Shown here: positions 54,050 to 63,765 of the stretch, piece after piece | Numbering within the stretch: position 1 is the first letter of the stretch | Layout of the letters: every line of letters begins with the position of its first letter | Program-made: the position numbers and the translations under genes | From: an uncultured Acidobacteriota bacterium | Lineage (GTDB): Bacteria > Acidobacteriota > Vicinamibacteria > Fen-336 | Length of the DNA stretch: 64,000 bases | Assembly: GCA_963720545.1 (NCBI GenBank) | Contig: OY970399.1 | Span: 384,001 to 448,000, forward strand | Direction of reading: 5' to 3' | The notes under the pieces: generated by a model | The model's database searches: none | Seen by the model: only the letters and a program-made list of their open reading frames with translations | What the model was told of the DNA's origin: nothing

Positions 54050-54717
54050 ACGCTGACCGCGACCGGGCGGCCGTGCAGGCTGCCCGGCTGGAAGCGCTCC
54101 TCGCGCAGCGCCGTCAGCACCGGACCGGCAGCCGCGGCGTCGCCTTCGAGCAGCGTCACCTCGCTGACGCGGCCGTCGCGCGCCACCACCGTCTCGACGA
54201 ACAGCGAGCCCGGTTCGAGCGACTCGAGCACCGGCTCGGGGAACGGCTGGGTGACTATCGGCAGCGTCACCCCGGAGAGCAGCGGGAACGGGTTCGCCTC
54301 GGTGCCGGCGACGGCGCCGGCCCATCCGGTGAGCACCGGCCGCGGCAGCGGCTCGGCCCGTCGCATGTGCTCCTGCAGCAACAGCGTGGCGCCGATCGAC
54401 AGGAACATTGCCGCGGCCGCGCCCATCACGCTGCGCATCAACATCGGCCGCTCGATGCGTGCCGAGCGGAACAGCAGCGAGAGCCCCGGCCCGCGCCCCG
54501 GCAGCTCCAGGCGGTCGAGCACGCGGGCCGCGATCGACTCGCCGCTGTCCATCTGCGGCAGTCCGCGCAGCAGTGTGGAGATGGAACGCATCTGTGCGAG
54601 CGCAGCGGTGCAGGCGGCGCAGCCGGCAAGATGGTCTTCGAGGCGAGGGGCGGCCGCCGTCTCCAGCTCGCCGTCCATGTACTCGGAGAGTTGCGCGGTG
54701 AAAGGTGCGCAGTTCAT
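54007..54717 (-). CDS. zf-HC2 anti-sigma factor with TM segment and TonB_C-like C-terminal domain
   Basis: LSEYMDGEL...HLAGCAAC zinc motif; TM segment; VVARDGRVSEV...RFQPGSLHGRPVAV. Confidence 0.8.
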   Translation of the reverse strand: MNCAPFTAQLSEYMDGELETAAAPRLEDHLAGCAACTAALAQMRSISTLLRGLPQMDSGESIAARVLDRLELPGRGPGLSLLFRSARIERPMLMRSVMGAAAAMFLSIGATLLLQEHMRRAEPLPRPVLTGWAGAVAGTEANPFPLLSGVTLPIVTQPFPEPVLESLEPGSLFVETVVARDGRVSEVTLLEGDAAAAGPVLTALREERFQPGSLHGRPVAVSVYRLFSRMDVTPLT

Positions 54718-55346
54718 GAGGTCGCTCCTTCGGGCCCGCCGAGCGCGATGCGCAACGCTTCGCGGGCGCGCGACAGCCGGCTCTTCACGGTGCCGACGGG
54801 TATGCGCAGGGCGGCGGCGATCTCGTCGCACGACAGGTCCTCGGCCTCGCGCAACAGCAGGATGGCGCGGTGCTCGAACGACACCGCGGCGAGTGCCCGC
54901 TGGATGCGCTCCTGCTGCTCGCGGCGGCTGCAGCCCGCCTCGGGCGACTGCTCCGCGGTCGTCGCCAGCAGCGCCTCGTCGCGCAGCGCCAGGTTGTCGA
55001 TCGCGACGGCGCGCGAGCGGCGCCTCCGGCCCCAGAGCCGGCGGCGGTTGGCGCACTGGTTGACGACGATCCGGTAGATCCAGGTCTTGAGGCTGCTGCG
55101 CCCCTCGAAGCGGTGCAGCGTGCTGTAGATCTGCAGGAACACGTCCTGCGCCATGTCGCGCGCCTCTTCCGGGTCGCCGAGGAGCCGCGCCGCGAGGTTG
55201 AAGACCATGCGTTCGTGCAGGGCGACGAGACGGGCGAAGGCTTCGGGATCGCCGTTGCGGCAGCCGACCACCAGGTCCCGCTCGCCCGCTCGTCCGCGGG
55301 TCTGGCCATCGACTGCTTCGGCGGCCTTCAGGACCAGTTCGCTCAT
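54714..55346 (-). CDS. ECF sigma-70 factor
   Basis: DMAQDVF, TWIYRI and EIAAALRIPVGTVKSRLSRAR motifs. Confidence 0.93.
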   Translation of the reverse strand: MSELVLKAAEAVDGQTRGRAGERDLVVGCRNGDPEAFARLVALHERMVFNLAARLLGDPEEARDMAQDVFLQIYSTLHRFEGRSSLKTWIYRIVVNQCANRRRLWGRRRRSRAVAIDNLALRDEALLATTAEQSPEAGCSRREQQERIQRALAAVSFEHRAILLLREAEDLSCDEIAAALRIPVGTVKSRLSRAREALRIALGGPEGATS

Positions 55347-55409
55347 TGGCTGAACCTGCTTGTCAGGACCTTGGACACCGCCACTGCCCGGCAGTTCCCC
55401 CTGCCTCGA

Positions 55410-56975
55410 TCATACGGCCGGCGCGGCCCCTCCGCCACGGCGAGCGTGGATGGCGGCGGCAGCCGTCAGCGCCGCCCCGGCCGCAAGCACCGCCAGGCCT
55501 CCCAGCGTCAGCCAGGCGTTGACGGTGGCCGGTTGCAGGATGGCAAGGAGCTGCGCCGGCAGATGGAATCCCCTGCCCGTGCGCATGCTGCGAATGCCGT
55601 CGAGGACAGCGGTGGTGAAGACGGCAGACGCCAGTGTGACGAGGCCCACAAGGGCGGCGCGCGCAGCGAGACCAGCGCCCGACAGCGGCGGTTTGCGCGA
55701 CGGCGCCGCCACGCTGAACTGCGGGTCGCGTTCACCCCACGGCACGAAGCGCGACAGCATGTAGAGACCCGGCAGGCCGAACGCCATGGTGCTGAGGAAG
55801 AAGTCGCGCCAGCCCATCGCGTCGGCCATCAGGCCCGCGGGCGGGCCGGCGAGGATCCGCGGAATCGTGAACAGGCTGGAGAGGAGCGCGTACTGGGTGG
55901 CGGAGAACCTCTTCTGTGTGAGGCGCAACAGCAGCACGCCGAAGGCGCCGGAGCCGAGGCCGGTGGTGCCGAGCTCGAAGGCGAGCGCCGAATACATCAG
56001 CGGCCGGTTGATGCCGTAGGCGGCGACCAGGGCATAGCCGACGTTCGAGACGATCTGCAGGAAGCCGAACACCCACAGCGCGCGCCCGAGGCCCATGGTG
56101 CCGGTGAGTACGCCGCCCAGGAACCCGCCCGCGATCACCGCTGCGGTGGTGACGGTGGCCGTCGCGATGCCGACGTCGACGGCGTTGTAGCCCATCTGGA
56201 TGAGGAACGGCCGCGTCAGCGCCTGGGTCAGGTTGTCACTCAGCTTGTAGAGCACCACGAAGGCGAGGATCTCGAGCGCGCGGTGCTGCTGCATGAAGCC
56301 GAGGAACGGTTCCCACACCGCCTCGCGCAGGGTCGGCGGCGCCTTCGGCACGTCGGCGGGCTCGGGCGCCGTCCAGGTGATGTAGAGGAGCGGCAGGTTG
56401 CTGAAGGCAAACAAGGCGAACACCGCCGGCCACGACCACCAGGCGGCGAGCGTGATGGTGGCGCCGCCCGACAGGATCATCGCGCCGCGGTACAGGGCGA
56501 GGCGCGCGCCGGCCGCGGCGCCATGTTCGTCGGGGTGCAGCACGTCCACCGCATACGCGTCGTAGGCGATGTCGTGGGTCGCCGAGACGAACGCGATCGC
56601 CAGGCACACGAGGCCGATCGTCACCAGGCGCTCGGGATGGTACGCCGCCAGCGCCAGCACCAGGCCGAGGGCGAAGAGCGCGAGCTGGCTGAGCAGGATG
56701 TAGCCGCGCCGCCGGCCGAGGAACGGCGGCGAGTGGCGGTCCATGAGCGGCGCCCACAGCAGCTTGAAGCTCCACGGCGCCTGCGCGAGCGTGAACAGGC
56801 CGATGACGCCGATGTTGACGCCGCCCTGCGCGAGCCATGCCGGCACCGTGATCCAGACGATGCCGAGCGGCAGGCCGGAAGAGAAGGACAGAAGCGCTAC
56901 CGAAAGCAGGCGCCGGCTCTTGAAAATCGCCGCGAGGCTCTGCCACGTCGTGAGCTTCGGCGCGGCGGCGGGCAT
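55410..56975 (-). CDS. ampG: AmpG muropeptide MFS permease
   Basis: FSSGLP, KLLWAPLMDR, GRRRG, SATHDIAYDAY and ATQYALLSS motifs; start MPAAAPKL. Confidence 0.9.
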   Translation of the reverse strand: MPAAAPKLTTWQSLAAIFKSRRLLSVALLSFSSGLPLGIVWITVPAWLAQGGVNIGVIGLFTLAQAPWSFKLLWAPLMDRHSPPFLGRRRGYILLSQLALFALGLVLALAAYHPERLVTIGLVCLAIAFVSATHDIAYDAYAVDVLHPDEHGAAAGARLALYRGAMILSGGATITLAAWWSWPAVFALFAFSNLPLLYITWTAPEPADVPKAPPTLREAVWEPFLGFMQQHRALEILAFVVLYKLSDNLTQALTRPFLIQMGYNAVDVGIATATVTTAAVIAGGFLGGVLTGTMGLGRALWVFGFLQIVSNVGYALVAAYGINRPLMYSALAFELGTTGLGSGAFGVLLLRLTQKRFSATQYALLSSLFTIPRILAGPPAGLMADAMGWRDFFLSTMAFGLPGLYMLSRFVPWGERDPQFSVAAPSRKPPLSGAGLAARAALVGLVTLASAVFTTAVLDGIRSMRTGRGFHLPAQLLAILQPATVNAWLTLGGLAVLAAGAALTAAAAIHARRGGGAAPAV

Positions 56976-57006
56976 GTCGGGCGATTGTACCGTTATGATC
57001 CACGGC

Positions 57007-58011
57007 ATGAACGCAACTGCACGACTGTTCGCTTCGGGCCTGATCGCCGTCTCGCTCGCCGCAGCGCCGTGCCGCGCGGCCGAAGGCGTGCCGCTCGACG
57101 CTCTCACCACCGAACTCACGCGCATCGCCGCGACCAGCGGCGGCAAGCTCGGCGTCACCGCGGTGCACCTCGAGAGCGGCCGGCGCGTGTCGGTGCTCGG
57201 CGACGAGGGCTTCCCCATGGCGAGCACCTTCAAGGTGCCGGTGGCGGTCAAGCTGCTCGACCGTGTGGACCACGGCGAGCTGAAGCTCGACACGATGGTG
57301 GAACTGTCCGCCGCGGACCTGCATCCGGGCAGCGGCACGCTCCTCGACCTGTTCAACAAGCCCGGCGTGAGCTTGTCGGTGCGCAACCTGCTCGAGCTGA
57401 TGATGCTGATCAGCGACAACTCCGCGACCGACGTCTGCATGCGGCTTGCCGGCGGCCCGCAGGCGGTCACCACCCACTTGCAGAAACTCGGCGTCTCCGG
57501 CATCCGCGTCGATCGGCCGACGATCGACCTGATCGCCGACTGGGCCGGCGTCGCCAAGTGGCCGGCGGCCGACGATTGGTCGCCGGAGTCGCTGGACAAG
57601 ACCTTTGCTGCGATCGACGCCGAGGCCGGCAAGAAGGCGGCGGCTGCGTTCGACACGGACCCGCGCGATACCGCGACGCCGAACGGCATGGCGGCGCTGC
57701 TCAACAAGATCGCGAAGGGCGAGGCGCTCTCGCCCGCCTCGACGGCGCTCGTCCTCGACATCATGGCGCGCTGCAAGACCGGCGAGGCGCGCCTGCGCGG
57801 GCTGTTGCCCGCGGGCACGCCGGTGGCACACAAGACCGGCACCATCGGCGGGACCACCAACGACGTCGGCATCGTCACGCTGCCCGGCACAGCCGGCCGC
57901 GTGATCGTCGCCGCGTTCGTCAAGGCGTCGGACAAGGACGTCGCGGTGCGCGAGCGCGCCATCGCCGAGGTGGCGCGCGCGATCCACGACTACTTCCTGT
58001 TCGTGCGCTGA
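57007..58011 (+). CDS. Class A beta-lactamase-like serine hydrolase (atypical omega loop)
   Basis: Signal peptide; FPMASTFK (SxxK), SDN and HKTG motifs; RVDRPT where RLDRxE is expected. Confidence 0.85.
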   Translation: MNATARLFASGLIAVSLAAAPCRAAEGVPLDALTTELTRIAATSGGKLGVTAVHLESGRRVSVLGDEGFPMASTFKVPVAVKLLDRVDHGELKLDTMVELSAADLHPGSGTLLDLFNKPGVSLSVRNLLELMMLISDNSATDVCMRLAGGPQAVTTHLQKLGVSGIRVDRPTIDLIADWAGVAKWPAADDWSPESLDKTFAAIDAEAGKKAAAAFDTDPRDTATPNGMAALLNKIAKGEALSPASTALVLDIMARCKTGEARLRGLLPAGTPVAHKTGTIGGTTNDVGIVTLPGTAGRVIVAAFVKASDKDVAVRERAIAEVARAIHDYFLFVR

Positions 58012-58013
58012 CG

Positions 58014-59192
58014 GTGCTGCGCTACCTGACCGCCGGCGAGAGCCACGGCCCGGCGCTGACGGTCACGATCGACGGGCTGCCCGCCGGCGTGCCGCTGCTG
58101 CGCGGCAGCATCGACTCCGACCTGCGCCGCCGCCAGGGCGGGTACGGCCGCGGCGGCCGCATGCAGATCGAGAAGGACGCGGTCGAGATCCTCGGCGGCA
58201 TCCGCCACGGCCGCACGCTGGGCAGCCCGGTGTCGCTGCTGGTGCGCAATGCCGACCATGCGAACTGGAGCGACATCATGTCGCCCGATCCGCAGGGGCC
58301 GGAGGCGGTGGCGCGGCGCGCGCTGAAGCGGCCGCGCCCCGGCCACGCCGACCTCGCCGGCGGCCTGAAATACGCGACCACCGACCTGCGCGACATCATC
58401 GAGCGCTCGAGCGCGCGCGAGACCGCGGCGCGGGTCGCGGCCGGCGCCGTCGCGCGGGCGCTGCTGCAGGCGTTCAACATCGAGGTGCGCAGCCACGTGG
58501 TCCGCATCGGCGCGGCCGAGCTGCGCAAGGGCGCCGTCGCCTGGCACGACCTCGACACGGTTGAGGAGAGTCCGGTGCGTTGCATCGACGCGGCGGACGG
58601 CGCGCGCATGATCGAGCAGATCGACGCCGCCAAGGCCGCGGGCGACAGCGTCGGCGGCACGTTCGAGGTGCTGGCGCACGGCGTGCCTGCGGGGCTGGGC
58701 GCGTTCGCCCAGTGGGACCGGCGCCTCGACGGGCGCATCGGGCAGGCGCTGATGTCGATACCGGCGGTGAAGGCGGTGGCCATCGGCGACGGCCTGCGCG
58801 CCGACCGCACGCCCGGTTCGCGCTTCCACGACGAGATCCTGCCCGGCGGCGACGCGGGCACACGTCCCACCAACAATGCCGGCGGCCTCGAGGGCGGCAT
58901 CAGCAACGGTCAGCTGCTGCGCGCCACCGCCATCGTCAAACCGATCCCGACGCTGCTGATGCCGCTGCGCTCGGTGGACTGGGCCACTGGCGAACCGGCG
59001 CAGGCCTCGATCGAACGCAGCGACACCTGCGTGGTGCCGGCGGCCGGCGTGGTCGGCGAGGCGGCGCTGTGCCTGGTGCTTGCCGATGCCCTGCTCGAGA
59101 AGCTGGGCGGCGACTCGCTCGCCGAGATGAAGCTGCATGCCGCGTCGTGGGCGGGGCACGCGTCGCTGCCGCTCGCGCGGCGCACGGACTGA
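58014..59192 (+). CDS. aroC: Chorismate synthase
   Basis: TAGESHG, RPGHAD, ERSSARETA, GGISNG and ERSD motifs; GTG start at 58014. Confidence 0.96.
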   Translation: MLRYLTAGESHGPALTVTIDGLPAGVPLLRGSIDSDLRRRQGGYGRGGRMQIEKDAVEILGGIRHGRTLGSPVSLLVRNADHANWSDIMSPDPQGPEAVARRALKRPRPGHADLAGGLKYATTDLRDIIERSSARETAARVAAGAVARALLQAFNIEVRSHVVRIGAAELRKGAVAWHDLDTVEESPVRCIDAADGARMIEQIDAAKAAGDSVGGTFEVLAHGVPAGLGAFAQWDRRLDGRIGQALMSIPAVKAVAIGDGLRADRTPGSRFHDEILPGGDAGTRPTNNAGGLEGGISNGQLLRATAIVKPIPTLLMPLRSVDWATGEPAQASIERSDTCVVPAAGVVGEAALCLVLADALLEKLGGDSLAEMKLHAASWAGHASLPLARRTD

Positions 59193-59198
59193 AGCACG

Positions 59199-59714
59199 AT
59201 GCCGCGGCGTGCCATCGTCAAGTACGGCGCTGCGGTCCTGCACACCCCTGCGGCCGCGGTGGCGGAGATCGACGCTTCGCTGCGGACCCTGGTGGACGAC
59301 ATGGTGGCGACGATGTACGCGGCGCCGGGCATCGGTCTGGCCGCGCCGCAGGTCGGCGTGGCGCTGCGCGTGATCGTCATCGACTTGTCGGTGGGCGCCG
59401 AGCGGGACCGCCTGATCAAGCTGGTGAACCCCGTGTTCGACGAGCAGGAGGGCGAGCAGTGCCTCGAAGAGGGCTGTCTCTCCGTCCCCGGGTTCGACGG
59501 TTCGCCGGTGCGGCCGGCGCGAGTCGTGGTGAGCGGCATCGACCCCGACACCGACAAGACGCGCAGCTACGAAGGCACCGGCCTCCTGGCGCGCGCCTTC
59601 TGCCACGAGATCGACCACATCGACGGCCTGGTTTTCGTCGACCGGCTGACGCCGTTCAAGCGCGACCTGATGAAGCGCAAGCTGCGCAAGAAGGTTCGCG
59701 CGGGCTGGGACTGA
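59199..59714 (+). CDS. def: Peptide deformylase
   Basis: GIGLAAPQ, EGCLS and HEIDH motifs. Confidence 0.96.
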   Translation: MPRRAIVKYGAAVLHTPAAAVAEIDASLRTLVDDMVATMYAAPGIGLAAPQVGVALRVIVIDLSVGAERDRLIKLVNPVFDEQEGEQCLEEGCLSVPGFDGSPVRPARVVVSGIDPDTDKTRSYEGTGLLARAFCHEIDHIDGLVFVDRLTPFKRDLMKRKLRKKVRAGWD

Positions 59715-59715
59715 C

Positions 59716-60657
59716 GTGCGCATCGTCTTTTTCGGCAGCGGGGAGTTCGCGATCCCGTCGCTTGCAGCGCTTCTGAGGCGTGGCCACGAGCTGCCGCTGG
59801 TGGTGACGCAGCCCGACCGCGAGCGCGGCCGCGGCCGCGAGCTGGCGCCGCCGCCGGTCAAGGTGGCGGCGCAGCACCTTTCCCTGCGCGTCTTCCAGCC
59901 GCGCCGGGTGCGCGCCCCCGAAGCGCAGGAGGAACTGCGCAAGGCGGCACCCGACCTCCAGGTGGTGGCGGCGTACGGCCAGATCCTGCCGCAGGCGGTC
60001 ATCGACATCGCAGCGCTCGGCACCGTGAACGTGCACGCGTCGCTCCTGCCCCGCTACCGCGGCGCGGCCCCGATCCAGTGGGCGATCGCCGACGGCGAGG
60101 CGCAGACGGGCGTCACTACGATGATGATCGACGCCGGCCTCGACACCGGCGGCCTGCTGGGCTCGCGCGCCACCGCCATCGCTCCGGACGAGACGAGCCC
60201 GCAGCTCCAGGAGCGGCTGGCGGCGCTCGGCGCGCAGCTGCTGCTGGAGACGGTCGACGCGCTCGCGGCCGGCACGCTGCGCGCCGTGCCGCAGGACGAG
60301 GCGCTCGCGAGCCACGCGCGCATCCTGGTGAAGGACGACGGGCGGGTCGAATGGTCGTGGCCCGCCGCGAGGATCGCGAACCGGGTGCGCGCCTTCGATC
60401 CGTGGCCGGGCGTTTTCACGACGTTCGCCGGCAAGGGCGTGCGGCTGCACCGCGTGCGCGTCGCCGCCGGCGCAACCGGCGACCGTGCAGCACCCGGCAC
60501 CGTGCTGCAGGTGGACGACGCCGGCGTCACCGTCGCATGCGGCGGCGATACCGCGCTCGTGATTCTGGAAGCGCAGCCCGAGAGCCGACGGACGATGCCG
60601 GCAGCGGCGTTCGCGGCCGGCGCCCGCCTCGCCGCCGGCAGCCGGTTCGGCGCATGA
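59716..60657 (+). CDS. fmt: Methionyl-tRNA formyltransferase
   Basis: VVTQPDR, AYGQILP and NVHASLLPRYRGAAPI motifs. Confidence 0.96.
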   Translation: MRIVFFGSGEFAIPSLAALLRRGHELPLVVTQPDRERGRGRELAPPPVKVAAQHLSLRVFQPRRVRAPEAQEELRKAAPDLQVVAAYGQILPQAVIDIAALGTVNVHASLLPRYRGAAPIQWAIADGEAQTGVTTMMIDAGLDTGGLLGSRATAIAPDETSPQLQERLAALGAQLLLETVDALAAGTLRAVPQDEALASHARILVKDDGRVEWSWPAARIANRVRAFDPWPGVFTTFAGKGVRLHRVRVAAGATGDRAAPGTVLQVDDAGVTVACGGDTALVILEAQPESRRTMPAAAFAAGARLAAGSRFGA

Positions 60658-61955
60658 GCGGCGCCTCGCCCGCGCGCCGCGCCGCCGCGCGCATCATCCA
60701 CGAGACGGTGCGCGGCGGCGTCACGCTCGCCGAGCGCATGGCGCACGGCGAGGCGGCGTCGCTCGACACGCGCGAGCGCGACTTCCTGCAGGAACTCGTC
60801 TACGGCACCTTGCGCCGCCGCGGCGCCCTCGATGCCGCGCTGCGCCGCTGCATCGACCGCGAGCTTTCCGAAGTGGACCCGGCGCTCCTCGACGTGCTGC
60901 GCCTCGGCGCCTACCAGATCCTGCACACGCGCGTGCCGCACCGCGCCGCCGTCTTCGAGTCGGTGGCGCTCGCCCGCGAGGTGGCGCCGCGCGGTGCCGG
61001 CTTCGCGAACGCGGTGCTGCGACGGCTCGCGGCGGAGCCCCCGCCGGCGCCACACGCTCCGCTCGACGATCCGTTGTCATGGCTCACAGGCGAAGGTTCG
61101 CTGCCGCCGTGGCTCGCGCAACGCTGGCTGCAGGAGCTCGGCGCGGAAGATGCCGTCGCGCGCGCGCGCGTGTTCCTCGAACCTTCGCCCACGTATTTGC
61201 GCCTCAACCCGCGGCTGCCGGAGGCGGCCGACGCGGTGAGCGCTGCCGGCGTCTTGCTGCAAGCCGGTGAGGTTCCCGGCTCGTTCGTGGTCACCGCCGG
61301 CCGCACGCAGGATCTGGCTGCAGCCGGCGTCGTCTATGTCCAGGACGAAGGCTCGCAGCTCGTCGCGCACATCGCGCAGAGCGAGGACGGCGCCATTCTC
61401 GACGCCTGCGCCGCACCCGGCGGCAAGGCGACGCTGCTGGCCGACCTCGGCGCGCACGCGCGCATCACCGCGCTCGAGCCCTCCTTGAAGCGGCTCGCGG
61501 TGCTGCAGCGGACCGTGCAGCGCTGGGGTGCCGGCGCCAGCATCGCCGTGCTTGGCGGCGACGCGCTGCGCCTGCCGCTGCGCACGGCGTTCGACGTGGT
61601 GCTGCTCGATGCGCCGTGCACCGGCCTCGGCACCATCGCGCGCCGCCCCGACCTGCGCTGGCGGGTGACGCAAGCCGACGTCGACCGCCATGCCGCGAGC
61701 CAACGCCGGATGCTCGCGGCGGTCTCGGCCGTGGTCAAGCCCGGCGGCCGGCTCGTCTATTCCACCTGCTCGCTCGAGCCGGACGAGACGAGCGACGTGG
61801 TCAAGGCGTTTCTCGCGAGCGGCGCACCGTTCGCGTTGACGCCACCGCAGCACGTTCCGCAGAGGTTGCGAGGCACCGAGCCCTGGCTGCGCCTGTTGCC
61901 CGAACGGCGCGGCGGCGACGGCTTTTTCGTCGCCTCGTTCACGCGCCAGGGCTAG
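60654..61955 (+). CDS. rsmB: 16S rRNA m5C967 methyltransferase
   Basis: NusB-like N-terminal domain; VQDEGSQ, DACAAPGGK, DAPCTG and YSTCS motifs. Confidence 0.92.
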   Translation: MSGASPARRAAARIIHETVRGGVTLAERMAHGEAASLDTRERDFLQELVYGTLRRRGALDAALRRCIDRELSEVDPALLDVLRLGAYQILHTRVPHRAAVFESVALAREVAPRGAGFANAVLRRLAAEPPPAPHAPLDDPLSWLTGEGSLPPWLAQRWLQELGAEDAVARARVFLEPSPTYLRLNPRLPEAADAVSAAGVLLQAGEVPGSFVVTAGRTQDLAAAGVVYVQDEGSQLVAHIAQSEDGAILDACAAPGGKATLLADLGAHARITALEPSLKRLAVLQRTVQRWGAGASIAVLGGDALRLPLRTAFDVVLLDAPCTGLGTIARRPDLRWRVTQADVDRHAASQRRMLAAVSAVVKPGGRLVYSTCSLEPDETSDVVKAFLASGAPFALTPPQHVPQRLRGTEPWLRLLPERRGGDGFFVASFTRQG

Positions 61956-61985
61956 GGCGGACCTCGTGTTACCCTCACTTTCGCG

Positions 61986-62708
61986 ATGCAAATGAGCTGG
62001 CGTCAGCGCACAGGAATCGGCGCAGCCGTGCTGTTCGTGGCACTGGCGAGCGCGGCCCTCACGGCCCGCATGCTGCTGCGCTCGCGCAGCGTGTCGGCGC
62101 CGGAACTCGTGGGCAGCCGCCCGGTCGAGGCGTACGCTGCCGCCAGCCGGCTCGGCCTCAGCCTGATCGTCGCGTCGCGGCGCCACGACGACGCCGTTCC
62201 CGAAGGCCGCATCGCCTCGCAGGAGCCGGCGGCCGGCGCGCCCATCAAGACCTCGCGCTCGGTGCGCGTGGTGGTGAGCCTCGGGCCGGCGCGGGTCAAC
62301 GTGCCGCCAGTGACCGGACGCTCGCTGCGCGAGGCGCGGCTGCTGCTGGAGCACGCCGGGCTGGGCTCGTTTCGTGTGGTGACGACGGAAGACACCACCC
62401 CGGCAGAGACCGTCGTCATGCAGGAACCGCCGGCCGGCGACGCGCCGATGACGCAATCGATGGCGGTGACGCTGCTCGTCAGCCGCGGACCCGCGTCGGC
62501 CGACTACATCATGCCCGACCTCATCAGCCGCCCCGCCGCGGCGACGCTCCTGGCGCTGCAGCAGGCCGGACTGCGGGTCGCCGACGTGCAGTACCGCAGC
62601 TATCCCGGCGCCCCGGCCGGGGTGATCCTGAAGCAGACGCCGCTCGCCGGCTTCCGCGTCACGCCGCGGACCATCGTGGCGGTCGAGGTCAGCGGCTCGC
62701 CCTCGTGA
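61986..62708 (+). CDS. Membrane protein with three PASTA domains
   Basis: N-terminal TM; PELVG, VPPVTG and MPDLI repeats, each with Q-x-P motifs. Confidence 0.85.
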   Translation: MQMSWRQRTGIGAAVLFVALASAALTARMLLRSRSVSAPELVGSRPVEAYAAASRLGLSLIVASRRHDDAVPEGRIASQEPAAGAPIKTSRSVRVVVSLGPARVNVPPVTGRSLREARLLLEHAGLGSFRVVTTEDTTPAETVVMQEPPAGDAPMTQSMAVTLLVSRGPASADYIMPDLISRPAAATLLALQQAGLRVADVQYRSYPGAPAGVILKQTPLAGFRVTPRTIVAVEVSGSPS

Positions 62709-63355
62709 TCCTCGCTCCGTCGATACTCGCCGCCGACTTCGCGCGCCTCGGCGAACACGTGGCACAAGCCGCGGCCGGCGGCGCAGCGCTCATCCATGCC
62801 GACGTCATGGACGGCCACTTCGTCCCGAACCTCACGCTCGGGCCGGCGACGGTCAAGGCGCTGCGGCGCACCAGCCCGCTGCCCATCGACGTGCACATGA
62901 TGGTGGCGCGGCCCGACGACTTCATCGCCGCGTTCGCCGACGCCGGCGGCAGCCTGATGAGCGTGCACGTCGAGGCGGTGGCACACCTCCACCGCACGCT
63001 CGAGCGGATCCGCGCCGCCGGCATGCGCCCCGGCGTCGCCGTCAATCCGGCAACCCCGCTCACCGCCATCGACGACGCGCTGCCGCTCGTCGACTACGTC
63101 GTCATCATGTCGGTGAACCCCGGTTTCGGCGGCCAGCGCTTCATCGCGTCCGCCCTCGACAAGGTGCGCCGGCTGAAGATGACGCTGGTCGAGCGCCGCC
63201 TCGCTGCGCAGGTCGAGATCGACGGCGGCATCGACCTCGGCAACATCCGCGACGCGGTTGCGGCCGGTGTGGACATGGTGGTCGCCGGCACCTCGGTATT
63301 CGGGGCCAAGGATCCCGCGGCCGCGGCGCGCGAGCTGATCGCAGCCTGCGCATGA
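62705..63355 (+). CDS. rpe: Ribulose-phosphate 3-epimerase
   Basis: APSILAADF, HADVMDGHFVPN, MSVNPGFGGQ and IDGG motifs. Confidence 0.96.
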   Translation: MILAPSILAADFARLGEHVAQAAAGGAALIHADVMDGHFVPNLTLGPATVKALRRTSPLPIDVHMMVARPDDFIAAFADAGGSLMSVHVEAVAHLHRTLERIRAAGMRPGVAVNPATPLTAIDDALPLVDYVVIMSVNPGFGGQRFIASALDKVRRLKMTLVERRLAAQVEIDGGIDLGNIRDAVAAGVDMVVAGTSVFGAKDPAAAARELIAACA

Positions 63356-63765
63356 GCGCCGCTGCGGTCGCGAGCCTGCGGGTCCGCTACGCCGAGACCG
63401 ACCAGATGGGCATCGCCTGGCACGGCAACTACTTCGCCTGGTTCGAGGTGGGGCGCACCGACCTGCTGCGCGGCCGCGGCCAGACGTACCGCGAGCTCGA
63501 GAGCCGCGGCCTGCGCCTGCCGGTCATCGAGGCCGAGGCGCGCTTCGTCCGCCCGGCGCTCTACGACGACGTCCTGGAGATCCACACGCGCGTGGCCATC
63601 CTGACCGGCGCTCGCATCGGCTTCGCCTACGAGGTGCGCCGCGCCGGCGAAGCCGCGTGCCTCGCCACCGGCCGCACGCTGCATGCGGTCGTTGCCGCGA
63701 ATGGCCGGCCGACACGCATCCCCGCCGAAATCACCAACGCCCTGCAACTGGAGACAGCGACGTGA
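63352..63765 (+). CDS. YbgC/FadM-family acyl-CoA thioesterase
   Basis: VRYAETDQMGIAWHGNYFAWFEVGR motif. Confidence 0.92.
   Translation: MSAAAVASLRVRYAETDQMGIAWHGNYFAWFEVGRTDLLRGRGQTYRELESRGLRLPVIEAEARFVRPALYDDVLEIHTRVAILTGARIGFAYEVRRAGEAACLATGRTLHAVVAANGRPTRIPAEITNALQLETAT

Noticed and set aside
57007..58011. Calling this gene an antibiotic-resistance determinant
   Set aside because: It lacks the Glu166 equivalent, sits in housekeeping context and has no mobility signals.
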